Positions 19,521-29,128 are shown, numbered from the stretch's first letter. The stretch is 64,000 nucleotides of DNA from an uncultured Candidatus Saccharibacteria bacterium (GCA_964356915.1 CAYHJF010000001.1:215011-279010), one strand, 5' to 3'. Numbers and translations are program-made. Notes: a model not told the origin generated them from the sequence alone.

Positions 19521-20300
19521 ATGGAACAAACAGAAAAGCAGGTTCGTATTTCATTGGGCGATGTGCCGTCAGCTCTTATAAAGCTTGGGGCTCTCGCGCT
19601 CGTCGTATTCTTGGGGGTTCGAGCCTTTGTCGATTTGAAGATGGCTCGTAATATGTATCCAACAAACGTAATTAGCGTTTCAGCAGAGGGACGGGTATTC
19701 GCAAAGCCCGATATCGGTCTTATTAATCTTGCTGTTATGCATGAAGCAAAGACGGTCGCAGATGCTCAAAAACAAGTAACAGATGCATCAAATAAACTTT
19801 TTGAGTTTTTGAAATCTGCAGGAGTTGATGCAAAGGATATTAAAACAAGTCATTACGCGATTAGTCCGCAGTATGATTATATTCAAGACAAAGGACAAGT
19901 CCTTCGTGGATATCAGGTGTCTCAGGGTCTTGATGTAAAGATTCGTGATACTGCAAAGGCAGGTGAGATTATTGCAGGCGCCGCTTCAGCTGGTGCTAAC
20001 CAAGTCGGCAGCCTTCAGTTCACTATTGATGATCCAGAAAAGTTAAAAGAGCAGGCGCGCGCAGATGCAATCAAGCGTGCTAAGGAAAAGGCGCAGGTTC
20101 TTGAGCGTGAGCTCGACGTTGAATTTGGTGACTTAATCAGCTTCTCTGATTCAGATGGCGGCGGTATGCCTCCTCCAATGTATCGTGCAGAAGTAATGGG
20201 TATGGGTGGGGCGTATGATAAGATGTCTGCTCCTTCAGTCCCAACTGGTGAAAATGAGATTGTGGTGAATGTTGTATTAACCTACGAGGTAGATAAATAA
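19521..20300 (+). CDS. SIMPL/DUF541 domain protein
   Basis: ISVSAEGRVFAKPD, DIKTSHYAISPQY, GANQV, AIKRAKEKA, PTGENEI. Confidence 0.92.
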   Translation: MEQTEKQVRISLGDVPSALIKLGALALVVFLGVRAFVDLKMARNMYPTNVISVSAEGRVFAKPDIGLINLAVMHEAKTVADAQKQVTDASNKLFEFLKSAGVDAKDIKTSHYAISPQYDYIQDKGQVLRGYQVSQGLDVKIRDTAKAGEIIAGAASAGANQVGSLQFTIDDPEKLKEQARADAIKRAKEKAQVLERELDVEFGDLISFSDSDGGGMPPPMYRAEVMGMGGAYDKMSAPSVPTGENEIVVNVVLTYEVDK

Positions 20301-20354
20301 TCTGAGTCGTAAAAAATCCCCCGCAATGCGGGGGATTTTGCTATGATGCAGATT

Positions 20355-20825
20355 ATGCATATTGTTGCGATTATCCATAACGTGAGGAGTCTTCATAATG
20401 TTGGATCGATACTTCGTACGTCTGATGCGGTGGGCATTTCTCGTGTATATATGACAGGATATACGCCCTCTCCGCTCGATGAGATGGGTCGAGTTCGTAA
20501 GGAAGTAGCGAAGACTGCGCTGGGCGCTGAACGTACGGTTGTTTGGAAAAAAGAAAAAAGTCTTTCGCGATTGACGAACGCATTACAAAAAGAGGGTTAT
20601 AGTATTGTCGGGCTTGAGTACACGGACGGTGCAGAAAATATTCAAAAAGTAAAAATAACAAAACCCATAGCGCTTATTGTGGGCAACGAGGTTCGGGGTA
20701 TTTCTCGAGCGCTTCTTAAGAGGTGTGATCGTATTGTTTTTATACCAATGCGAGGTTCAAAGGAGTCGCTAAATGTTTCGGTCGCGTTTGGAGTTGCGGC
20801 CTACGAGTTGCTTCGAGATTATTGA
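20355..20825 (+). CDS. TrmH/SpoU family RNA methyltransferase
   Basis: NVRSLHNVGSILRT, VGNEVRG, IPMRGSKESLNVS. Confidence 0.93.
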   Translation: MHIVAIIHNVRSLHNVGSILRTSDAVGISRVYMTGYTPSPLDEMGRVRKEVAKTALGAERTVVWKKEKSLSRLTNALQKEGYSIVGLEYTDGAENIQKVKITKPIALIVGNEVRGISRALLKRCDRIVFIPMRGSKESLNVSVAFGVAAYELLRDY

Positions 20826-21721
20826 TAGGTCTGTGTTGCAATGACTATCCCGCGCTCATTTTTGAGAGTGACAACATCTCGGAAGTTGCCCCATATTTCG
20901 TCGGGACGATTGAGGTATACCCACCAATCACTTTGGTAGAAGTCCATATCATTTTTATGATGAGAGACACATTGAGAATAGCCGGTTACAGATCTAATAT
21001 GCTCGCGACATGTATTGTCGAGGTCGAGAGGAATCTCAATTGAAAGTGTGCATGAGTAAAGAGTGCGTACAAAGTTGTAGCAAGAGTCAGAGAGATGTTC
21101 GGTATTATCTTCTTCAGCGGGCGGAGGGCAGGAGGCATTAATGCCAGGTACGAAAGAATAATTTTCATTAAAATATCCTGAGCATTTATTTATTTTAAAA
21201 TTAACACCCATAGGACTACGACCTGTAATAATATGAGCAGTAGCGCCTTTTTTGAGAACGATGCGATCTTGGTCTTGAGTAGCAGAGATGCCGGGGAGAT
21301 TCGTTCCTCTGCCGAGTGTATAGGATTCTCCACGTACACTACCAATACTCCATCCGGTGAGTGTGATGGAGTCTGGTGCGGCAGGGTCGCTCGAAGAATA
21401 TGTAATATCAATATATTCTTCATCTGGCTCTCGAGTTCGGACGTTAGCAAGAGAGATGTAGACTGAATTTTTTAGGATTTCATCTACAGTTGGCTTTTGT
21501 TCCGTTGGTGTTTCTGAGGGAGATGGTGAAGGTTCGGGAGAAGGGGGCAGATTAAAAAGATTAGAGAACAAAGATTGGTCTTCATGTACCACTCCAAACT
21601 CCGCGTTTGGATTTGGTGGGGTTGCGATGGGGCCTGATCCTACTCCGCCACGCGAAAATATTGCAAAGACCCAGAAGAGAATAAGGACGGCGATGACGAT
21701 AAGAAACGGCTCTTGCTTCAT
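20819..21721 (-). CDS. Membrane-anchored Cys-rich hypothetical protein (lamin-tail-like domain)
   Basis: N-terminal TM, Pro-rich linker, EEYIDI..ITLTGWSI, NKCSGY, eight Cys. Confidence 0.65.
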   Translation of the reverse strand: MKQEPFLIVIAVLILFWVFAIFSRGGVGSGPIATPPNPNAEFGVVHEDQSLFSNLFNLPPSPEPSPSPSETPTEQKPTVDEILKNSVYISLANVRTREPDEEYIDITYSSSDPAAPDSITLTGWSIGSVRGESYTLGRGTNLPGISATQDQDRIVLKKGATAHIITGRSPMGVNFKINKCSGYFNENYSFVPGINASCPPPAEEDNTEHLSDSCYNFVRTLYSCTLSIEIPLDLDNTCREHIRSVTGYSQCVSHHKNDMDFYQSDWWVYLNRPDEIWGNFRDVVTLKNERGIVIATQTYQ

Positions 21722-21782
21722 GGCTGTAGTGTAGCAAAAACCAAGCTTTCGAAAAACGGCTATTCATGATACAAACACATGT

Positions 21783-22574
21783 ATGAAGGAAGTCGTGATA
21801 GATATAGAAACCGAGAAAGAATTTCGAGAAGTTGGAGGAAAAGATAATATGCATCTTCTTGGCGTCACAGTTGTGGGTACTTATCGATATGACACAAATG
21901 AATATTATGCATTTGAAAAAGAAGAGAGTAAGAATCTAGAAGTTCTTCTATCACAAACACCGTGCATAATCGGATTTAATGTAAAACATTTTGATATTCC
22001 CGTCCTTGCTCCACATGTGTCGATAGATTTATCGGTAATACCGGTACTCGATCTTATGGATGATGTAGAAAGGCATTTGGGATTTCGCGTGTCATTAGAC
22101 AATTTATGCCACATGACGTTGCGTAAAAGAAAATCCGGCATGGGGCTCGAGGCGATTAGTTGGTGGCGCAATGGTGAAAAAGAAAAAGTAAAAGAGTATT
22201 GTCTTAATGATGTTTTACTAACAAAAGAGCTTTACGAGTTTGGTCGCCAACATGGATTTGTGATTTGTGAGACGCGCGATCGAGGGGTGCAGAGAATTCC
22301 TGTAAATTGGGCAGCACCAGTTATCGCTCCAAAGCGTGTTTTGGAAGATGCGCTTGGGAAGAGACTTACCGTTGAAATAGAGTATCGAGAAGAGAAGCGC
22401 TCTGAGCCCATAAAGCATAAAGTCGAAGTACACTCTATTGGTCAAGATGTGTTTGAAGGTTTTTGCCATATAAAACAAGCAAAGCGCTCATTTCGTATAG
22501 CACAGATTACTGGAGTCGCACTTACGAATGAATCGTATCAACTAGTTCATGATGTCCAAAGAAGTCTTATCTAA
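21783..22574 (+). CDS. YprB/RNase_H_2-type DEDD exonuclease with C-terminal WYL-like domain
   Basis: IDIETE, GFNVKHFD, EYCLNDV; C-terminus VEIEY...FEGFCHIKQAKRSFRIAQI. Confidence 0.8.
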   Translation: MKEVVIDIETEKEFREVGGKDNMHLLGVTVVGTYRYDTNEYYAFEKEESKNLEVLLSQTPCIIGFNVKHFDIPVLAPHVSIDLSVIPVLDLMDDVERHLGFRVSLDNLCHMTLRKRKSGMGLEAISWWRNGEKEKVKEYCLNDVLLTKELYEFGRQHGFVICETRDRGVQRIPVNWAAPVIAPKRVLEDALGKRLTVEIEYREEKRSEPIKHKVEVHSIGQDVFEGFCHIKQAKRSFRIAQITGVALTNESYQLVHDVQRSLI

Positions 22575-23067
22575 AGAAGAGTTTTTTAATAGTAATGGCC
22601 GAGCGTTTACGCTTCGTGGGGTTGTTGAGACGCTCAAGGCATATGTAGAGACTGCTCCCGAATGGCAATACGAGATTGTCATTGGGACAGATTCGCATGC
22701 ATCCTTGGAACATCATGCATTTTTTGTCTCAGCTATTACCATCCGGCGTATTGGGAACGGAGGAATTCATTTCTGGACCCGACATGAAGAACATTTCGCA
22801 ACTCTTAGAGAGCGTATTTGGCGCGAAGCGATGCTTTCCATTATTCTTGCTCAAGAGTTACGTAGTATGGTACGTGAGGTATTTGGAGACGATGAGTTAT
22901 GGGGTGGGCATGCAATATTTCGGTGCATTCATTTAGATGTGGGGGAGAATGGCCCGACTCGTGACTTTATTGATGGCATTACGGGTATGGTACGAGGGTA
23001 TGGGTTTACGCCCGTGATCAAGCCTGATGCGTACGGAGCTTCTACGGTCGCGGATCGGCATACGTAA
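22549..23067 (+). CDS. RNase H-like YkuK (DUF458) family protein
   Basis: IVIGTDS, RIGNGG, LRERIWREA, IHLDVGENGPT, IKPDAYGASTVADRH. Confidence 0.9.
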   Translation: MMSKEVLSKEEFFNSNGRAFTLRGVVETLKAYVETAPEWQYEIVIGTDSHASLEHHAFFVSAITIRRIGNGGIHFWTRHEEHFATLRERIWREAMLSIILAQELRSMVREVFGDDELWGGHAIFRCIHLDVGENGPTRDFIDGITGMVRGYGFTPVIKPDAYGASTVADRHT

Positions 23068-23072
23068 AAGAC

Positions 23073-23144
23073 GCTCTCGTCGTTCAATGGATAGGACACA
23101 AGCCTCCGAAGCTTGTGATACAGGTTCGATTCCTGTCGAGAGCA
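23073..23144 (+). tRNA. tRNA-Arg(CCG)
   Basis: Cloverleaf; anticodon arm CAAGC-CTCCGAA-GCTTG; GTTCGATTC. Confidence 0.95.
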
Positions 23145-23228
23145 CAGGTAGTGTGAACGAGGGTTGACATTTGGTATAAAAAGTGTAAGATGCCAAGTAG
23201 AAGTTCATTCGATAGATGGAGGCACTCA

Positions 23229-23687
23229 ATGCTTCAAAAAGGAAGAGATCTTTTGTTTTTCGTGATTTCGCGGCTTCAGCGCCTGTGGGTTCACCAAAGA
23301 CAAAATCACAATCAGCGCAGGGTATCCCTGGGCGTTGCTCTCAGGCAGTTCAAAAATTTCTACGATCGACAAAGAATTGTATTTCAGTTGCTTCAAATCG
23401 AAGCTCGTCGATCTCATCGGCGTCAGGTAGCCATTCAAGAGCTTCAGGTTACGGCGGCTATACCTGATACCCAGCGAGCCAGAGCCATCGCTCTTGCAGA
23501 GGGTAGACTTCGCGCATCAGACGAACGCTTTGGAGAGGTTCTCGACTTCGCATATCGTGAAGGGTATCTGCCGAGCGATCAGTTTAGGAGTACATATCCT
23601 CGCAGACCAATTTCATTACGTCCACGATTACGTGGATATTCTCATCAACATCCACAAGCGCCTTTGGCTAGTCTTGTGGCTATGTAG
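23229..23687 (+). CDS. Arg/Gln-rich orphan protein
   Basis: TTGACA-16-TAAGAT promoter (23164-23191), GGAGG SD, terminator CCCCCC-gaaatt-GGGGGG-TTT downstream. Confidence 0.6.
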   Translation: MLQKGRDLLFFVISRLQRLWVHQRQNHNQRRVSLGVALRQFKNFYDRQRIVFQLLQIEARRSHRRQVAIQELQVTAAIPDTQRARAIALAEGRLRASDERFGEVLDFAYREGYLPSDQFRSTYPRRPISLRPRLRGYSHQHPQAPLASLVAM

Positions 23688-23752
23688 TACTACCCCCCGA
23701 AATTGGGGGGTTTCTTATTTTTCTTTTTTCTCGTAGAATAAAAAAGCTTTTC

Positions 23753-23824
23753 GCGCGCTTAGCTCAGTGGTAGAGCGACTCGTTTACACCGAGTAGGTCC
23801 GAGGTTCAATCCCTCGAGCGCGCA
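23753..23824 (+). tRNA. tRNA-Val(TAC)
   Basis: GCGCGCT/AGCGCGC acceptor; loop TTTACAC. Confidence 0.95.
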
Positions 23825-23879
23825 TATAGTTTGAATCTTTAGTGTGCTTTGCTATACTCTTCTTGTATTTATTTGATAC

Positions 23880-23951
23880 GCCGCGGTAGCTCAGTGGTAG
23901 AGCGCATCCCTGAAGAGGATGGCGTCGGGTGTTCGATTCACCCCCGCGGCA
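23880..23951 (+). tRNA. tRNA-Phe(GAA)
   Basis: GCCGCGG/CCGCGGC acceptor; CATCC-CTGAAGA-GGATG. Confidence 0.95.
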
Positions 23952-24080
23952 CAAGTGAAAATGACTCCGTTTTATACGGAGTCATTTTCTATTTAATGAG
24001 AGTGAATCGAACGGTATGCTGGGGGCATACCGCGTAATTTCTGAAGGAGAAATTGATTCACCCCCGCGGCACAAGTGAAA
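23935..24080 (+). repeat. 26-bp direct repeat of the tRNA-Phe 3' end with an internal inverted copy
   Basis: GATTCACCCCCGCGGCACAAGTGAAA at 23935-23960 and 24055-24080; GAGAGTGAATCGAAC (23998-24012) is an imperfect inverted copy of the T-arm. Confidence 0.85.
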
Positions 24081-24180
24081 TAAAAAATAATCCCAAGGAG
24101 TGGGATTATTTTTTTATTGAATATGAAATGAGAATAATACACTTGTATTTCTTGTGATTGGCGCTAGGCTTGTATGCAGA

Positions 24181-24561
24181 ATGGCAAAGCCAAAGGTACT
24201 AATCGTTGACGACGCAGAAGTGGTACACGAAAGAGTACGGGAATGCCTTGGCAGTCAGATTGAACTTTATACTGCGGTAACAAGCGTGGGAGCTCACGTG
24301 CACCTTCAAGAGCATCCCGATTTTGCTCTCATTGCTCTCGATGGCGTTTTTCCTCGAAGGCCTAATGGACCAGACTTACTTGAAGGTCCGTGGCTTTTGG
24401 AAAGAATTCGTCGGCAACATAAGTTTTCTGGCACAGTTTTGGCTACATCATCTTCAGATAATACGAGAAGAGATATGTTGCGGGCTGGGTGTAACGCTGA
24501 GTGTCGCAAAGATAGGGTTTCTGATGCGATTGCAGAGTTACTACATCTTAAACCGCTTTGA
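24181..24561 (+). CDS. Stand-alone CheY-like receiver domain protein
   Basis: VLIVDD, IALDG, LATSS, AGC..CRK; flanked by terminators. Confidence 0.75.
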   Translation: MAKPKVLIVDDAEVVHERVRECLGSQIELYTAVTSVGAHVHLQEHPDFALIALDGVFPRRPNGPDLLEGPWLLERIRRQHKFSGTVLATSSSDNTRRDMLRAGCNAECRKDRVSDAIAELLHLKPL

Positions 24562-24615
24562 CGCGGTTTTTTTATTTAAATAAAAAACCCTCAGAAGAGA
24601 GGATTTTTTATCGTA

Positions 24616-25143
24616 TTACTCGTGTTTTACTTTGACGCGTTCAATTCTGTTTTTATCAAGTTTAGGGAGACGTAAGGTGAGGAGACCTTGGCGGATTGTC
24701 GCCTCTGCTCCGTCCACATCGATCTCTTGCGGGAGGACGATAGATCGAGAGAATGTTCCCCAGTAAAGTTCTTGATAGAAGTAGTCATTTCGCTCAACTT
24801 CACGAGCTTGTTCTCGCTTACCGCGGATAGTGATGGCGTCCCGCGTAATTGATACATCGAGGTCATCGGGGCGTACGCCTGCTACTGTCGACTGAACGAT
24901 AATTTCATTTTCTGTTTGGAATAAATCGATTGTTAGCTGACCCTCCTCTTCGCTCTCTCCAAGTAAGTTTTGAGCATCTTCTTTTTGTTGTGTTGGTATT
25001 CTGTGCGGGCGCAGTTTTGTAGTTGACGCAGCTAAGTGTGCTCGCGGTATTTCTTCTTCCTCGAGTTCGTCTTCCTCATAAAAATCGTTTGTCGAAACCG
25101 ATCCCGTGAGGCGTTCGAAAAATGATCGTCGATCTTTAGGCAT
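24616..25143 (-). CDS. Hsp20/alpha-crystallin small heat-shock protein
   Basis: EGQLTIDL, VAGVRPDDLDV, QELYWGTFSRSI, GLLTLRLPK. Confidence 0.93.
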   Translation of the reverse strand: MPKDRRSFFERLTGSVSTNDFYEEDELEEEEIPRAHLAASTTKLRPHRIPTQQKEDAQNLLGESEEEGQLTIDLFQTENEIIVQSTVAGVRPDDLDVSITRDAITIRGKREQAREVERNDYFYQELYWGTFSRSIVLPQEIDVDGAEATIRQGLLTLRLPKLDKNRIERVKVKHE

Positions 25144-25855
25144 AATATGTATATAGTTTATGTTTAATTCGCTCAAATGCAAAGAGGATAAGTATCCCAA
25201 CGGTTCCGAGTAGCACGAGTGCTGGTGCGGGATCGTAACCTTCCCTCATTAGTATAAGAATGTTGAAAAGCGCGTGCAAGAGAGTGGCAAAAAATAGTCC
25301 GACACCGAGCGCAATTTCTTTACGAAGGGTGCTTCGAAAGAATGATCCGCCGATAAAGTAGCCTAATATTCCAGCGGAGAGTGCATGAAGAGGAGTTGCT
25401 CCAATAAATCGAAGGTTGCTTACAGTAAAACCATCGGAAAAGCCAAGACCATAGGGTCCGATAAGGTATAAGACGTTTTCAATGGCAGCAAATCCAAGTG
25501 CTCCCGCAATAAGATAGATCATTGCGTCTGCTGGTTCGTCATACTCTTTGCGCCAAAGTATAAAAGATTTTATCATGGCATATTTGCTCACTTCTTCTAT
25601 GAACGCAAAACCTACAACGAGCATGAGTCCAATATGAGTAGTTGATAAAGAGAGTCCAAAAAAAGTACGCACAAAGGTCATCCAGACACTTGAAAAGACA
25701 AGAGCCGCAGGAATTGCGAGTATGCCAGCCCAAAATGCAAGAAAAATGAGACGATTTGGTTCGGGTGCTTCGTCTTCTTTGAGCCAGAAAAAAAGCCACA
25801 GAATTGCAGGTAGGAAGCCAGAGATGACCGCCCACAAGAGAGCTTCAAGCGTCAT
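25136..25855 (-). CDS. PrsW family intramembrane protease
   Basis: IEEVSK, ALGFAAIEN, LHALS, LHALFN. Confidence 0.92.
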   Translation of the reverse strand: MTLEALLWAVISGFLPAILWLFFWLKEDEAPEPNRLIFLAFWAGILAIPAALVFSSVWMTFVRTFFGLSLSTTHIGLMLVVGFAFIEEVSKYAMIKSFILWRKEYDEPADAMIYLIAGALGFAAIENVLYLIGPYGLGFSDGFTVSNLRFIGATPLHALSAGILGYFIGGSFFRSTLRKEIALGVGLFFATLLHALFNILILMREGYDPAPALVLLGTVGILILFAFERIKHKLYTYYA

Positions 25856-28014
25856 ACATTTTCAACGATAAGGAGTTGTTTGTGTTCGATAGGGAGGAGA
25901 CCCCATAAATATTCAGTAATGAATGGGATGAAGGGATGGAGTAATTTGAGGGAAGATCCGAGTACGTAGAGGAGTACGGTCGTGGTTTCTTCAGAGTCAT
26001 CTTTTTTTGACGCTTCTATATATATGTCACAAAATGCGTGCCAGTAAAAATCATAGAGACCGTGGAGTGCTTGTCCGAATTCAAATGATTCAATAAGGTC
26101 ATTTGTTTTTTTTGTGATTTCATCCAGTTCTTTAAGAATTTGGATATTATGGTGTTTTTCTATTTTTTCTGGGCGGGTAAGCGCCCGTGGTTCTATGCCA
26201 ATGCGTGCGAGTATGAGGCGCGTAGAGTTCCAGATTTTGTTTAAAAACTTTTTACCAGCTCGTATACCGTCGTCTGACCAGTGAATGTCTTGTGTGGACA
26301 TGGCTTGCCATATCAAACCAAAACGAGTCGCATCAATACCTACCTCATCAATAAGTTTCATGGGATCAACGACGTTGCCCTTGGATTTGGACATTTTTTT
26401 TCCTTGCTTATCGAGAATCGTTGGATGAGTGAATACGGTTCGAAATGGTGGTTTGTCTAAAAACTCAAGACCAGAGAAAAGCATACGGAATGTCCATGTA
26501 TAGAAGATCTCACGTGCAGATGAAGTGACGGCGGTTGGGTAAAATGTTTTAAGGTCTGTCGTTTCCTCTGGCCATCCGAGTGTCGCAAACGGCCATAGCG
26601 CGGAAGAAAACCACGTGTCGAGTACGTCGCTCGTTTGTTCCCATGGTTTTTTGCACTTTGCACACTTTGCATCAGGGGCTTTTTGGCCGACATGCCATTG
26701 GGTATCCTCTTTGCATTCACAATGCCATGCGGGGATGCGATGCCCCCACCATAATTGGCGTGAAATATTCCAATCTCGAATTCCATTGATCCATGCAAGC
26801 ATGATCTGCTTGCGTTGTTCTGGGATAAACGAGAGCTGATTTTTTGAGATTGCGTGCGAGGCTTTTTGGGCAAGTTTTGCCATAGATAAAAACCATTGTT
26901 CTGAGAGCAGTGGTTCTATGACCGCATCACATCGGTCACAATGTGCAACAGAATGCGTGTAGTCTTCAATTTTCTCTACGAGCCCAAGCTTGTCGAGATC
27001 ATCGACGATTTTTTCTCGAGCTTCGTTGACCGAAAGACCGCCGTAGCGTTCTCCTGCGGCACTCGTCATGATGCCGTTTTCGTCGATAACTTTTATGATT
27101 TCAATTTCTGGATGGCGAGTTTTTATCTCAAAGTCAGTAAGGTCATGTGCGGGCGTTACTTTGATAATACCCGATCCAAATTTTGGATCAGCTGCCTCGT
27201 CAGCAACAACTGGAAGTGAGACAGAGACACTTCGAGGGGAGCGCCACCGAGAGACAGAAGAGTCGGTGCTTTCGACGGTTATCGTATTACCGATATATTC
27301 TTTATAGCGTTCATCATTTGGATTAACCGCAAGTGCAGTGTCACCGAGACGTGTCTCAGGGCGTACCGTTGCGATAGTGACGGGACCATATTTTAAGTAA
27401 TAGAGTTTACCGAGTTCTTCTGTATAAATAACTTCAAGATCGGAGATCGTCGTCTGACATCGTGGGCACCAATTTACGACTCGATTGCCACGATAGATAT
27501 ATCCTTTGCTGTGGTAGTAGAGAAATACATGCTCAATGACGCGTTGATAGTGCTCATCCATTGTAAAACGAGCACGTGACCAATCGGTTGAAAGTCCGAG
27601 GCGTTTTAATTCTTGGTCGATTGCTGATCCATACTCTTTCATCCACTCCCAGACTCGTTCAACAAATTTTTCGCGACCCAATGATTTTCTGCTTTTTCCC
27701 TCCTTTTTCAATTCCTTTTCTACGACGTGTTGTCCTGCGATGCCCGCATGATCTTTACCAGGAAGAAAGAGTGTTTTATATCCTTGCATGCGTTTTCGCC
27801 GAATTAAGACGTCGGAAATAATATTTTCCAAGGCGTGACCAACATGAATATGTCCGGTTACATTTGGAGGAGCCATCATGATTGCATATCCTTCTTTGCG
27901 TCCTGCCTCTGGCAACATGTCTGGATTGAAAAAGCCAGATCGTTCCCAGATCTGGTATATTTCTTCTTCATGTTCTTTTGGTTCGTATCCTTTCGGGAGG
28001 TCTTCAAGCTTCAC
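25852..28014 (-). CDS. valS: Valine-tRNA ligase (no C-terminal coiled coil)
   Basis: PPNVTGHIHVGH, VTPAHD, WNISRQLWWGH, DVLDTWFSS, KMSKS. Confidence 0.97.
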   Translation of the reverse strand: MKLEDLPKGYEPKEHEEEIYQIWERSGFFNPDMLPEAGRKEGYAIMMAPPNVTGHIHVGHALENIISDVLIRRKRMQGYKTLFLPGKDHAGIAGQHVVEKELKKEGKSRKSLGREKFVERVWEWMKEYGSAIDQELKRLGLSTDWSRARFTMDEHYQRVIEHVFLYYHSKGYIYRGNRVVNWCPRCQTTISDLEVIYTEELGKLYYLKYGPVTIATVRPETRLGDTALAVNPNDERYKEYIGNTITVESTDSSVSRWRSPRSVSVSLPVVADEAADPKFGSGIIKVTPAHDLTDFEIKTRHPEIEIIKVIDENGIMTSAAGERYGGLSVNEAREKIVDDLDKLGLVEKIEDYTHSVAHCDRCDAVIEPLLSEQWFLSMAKLAQKASHAISKNQLSFIPEQRKQIMLAWINGIRDWNISRQLWWGHRIPAWHCECKEDTQWHVGQKAPDAKCAKCKKPWEQTSDVLDTWFSSALWPFATLGWPEETTDLKTFYPTAVTSSAREIFYTWTFRMLFSGLEFLDKPPFRTVFTHPTILDKQGKKMSKSKGNVVDPMKLIDEVGIDATRFGLIWQAMSTQDIHWSDDGIRAGKKFLNKIWNSTRLILARIGIEPRALTRPEKIEKHHNIQILKELDEITKKTNDLIESFEFGQALHGLYDFYWHAFCDIYIEASKKDDSEETTTVLLYVLGSSLKLLHPFIPFITEYLWGLLPIEHKQLLIVENV

Positions 28015-29072
28015 AATTCAAGCGTAGCATGGGCTTTTAGCTTGTTCCAGTTCGTGAAATTCTTTTTAAGGACGCTGAAATATGCCGCTGCCCCGATCAT
28101 CGCAGCATTATCAGTTGTAAGTTTTTGCGTAGGGAGGAAGGTGCGAATATTTTTATTGAGAGTATTCGCGGATTTTTTTATTGTATTTCGTAAGCGTGTA
28201 TTTGCAGCGACTCCGCCGCCTAAAATCAGAGAATGAGCGTTAGTCTCTTTGAGTGCTCGTATTGTTTTTGAGACCAGTACTTCTACGGCTGCCGTTTCAA
28301 ATGAAGCGGCGATATCCTCTTTCTTATAGGGAGTGCCGCTTTTTTCTAAATCTCGGATAGTATAGAGAACGGCAGTTTTAAGCCCCGAGAAACTAAAATT
28401 GAAATTTTTTACATGAATCATTGGACGCGGAAACGGAAAGGCATCTTTTTTGCCCTGACGAGCAAGACGACTAATCATGGGACCGCCAGGATATGAAAGA
28501 TTCATCATGCGAGCGACTTTATCAAATGCTTCCCCCGCGGCGTCATCGAGCGTCTGTCCTATGATGCCATAACGCGACCAACCTTCTATATATACAAGTT
28601 CAGTATGTCCGCCACTGACGAGTAGTGCGATTGCAGGGAATGAAACGGTGCGGTGCTCTTTTTGGTTGAGAAGCATTGCTACAATATGTCCTTCCATGTG
28701 ATTTGCTCCAACTAGAGGGAGATTCCATGCTTGTGAGAGTTCTTGGGCAAGATTGATTCCGGTCCACAGGGCAGGTTCAAGTCCGGGTCCTCTTGTGACG
28801 GCGATTGCATCCAGTTCTTTTTCCGGTTTCTTAATCTTTGCTTTTAGAAGGGCACGAGTGAGAACGATCGGGAGCTTTTTTAAATGTTCGCGTTTGGCAA
28901 TATTTGGTACAACTCCGCCAAATTCTTTATGGATATTGATTTGAGATGAGACGATGTTAGAGAGGATTTTATACGTTGGTTTTTTTAGTCCGCCCCAACA
29001 TTGAACAACTGCGATAGCGGTTTCGTCGCAAGATGTCTCGATGGCGAGAATAGTTGTTGCTTTTTTGGACAT
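28011..29072 (-). CDS. tsaD: tRNA N6-threonylcarbamoyltransferase TsaD
   Basis: IETSCDET, HMEGH, LVSGGHT, DDAAGEAFDK, SFSGLKT, TDNAAMI. Confidence 0.97.
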   Translation of the reverse strand: MSKKATTILAIETSCDETAIAVVQCWGGLKKPTYKILSNIVSSQINIHKEFGGVVPNIAKREHLKKLPIVLTRALLKAKIKKPEKELDAIAVTRGPGLEPALWTGINLAQELSQAWNLPLVGANHMEGHIVAMLLNQKEHRTVSFPAIALLVSGGHTELVYIEGWSRYGIIGQTLDDAAGEAFDKVARMMNLSYPGGPMISRLARQGKKDAFPFPRPMIHVKNFNFSFSGLKTAVLYTIRDLEKSGTPYKKEDIAASFETAAVEVLVSKTIRALKETNAHSLILGGGVAANTRLRNTIKKSANTLNKNIRTFLPTQKLTTDNAAMIGAAAYFSVLKKNFTNWNKLKAHATLEL

Positions 29073-29128
29073 TGACGTTTATAACTATAGCAGATTTTTT
29101 GATAGTTTTGACAAGAGGAGAGCTGACC

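Noticed and set aside
23849-24037. ORFs over tRNA genes (also 30441..30626, 49528..49722, 22933..23229)
   Set aside because: They are translations of tRNA sequence or its complement
23935-24080. Prophage or CRISPR array at tRNA-Phe
   Set aside because: Only two copies 120 bp apart, tRNA-derived, with no integrase or cas genes
25852-28014. valS as a truncated pseudogene
   Set aside because: HIGH and KMSKS motifs intact, ORF tightly coupled to both neighbours; loss of the C-terminal coiled coil fits genome streamlining
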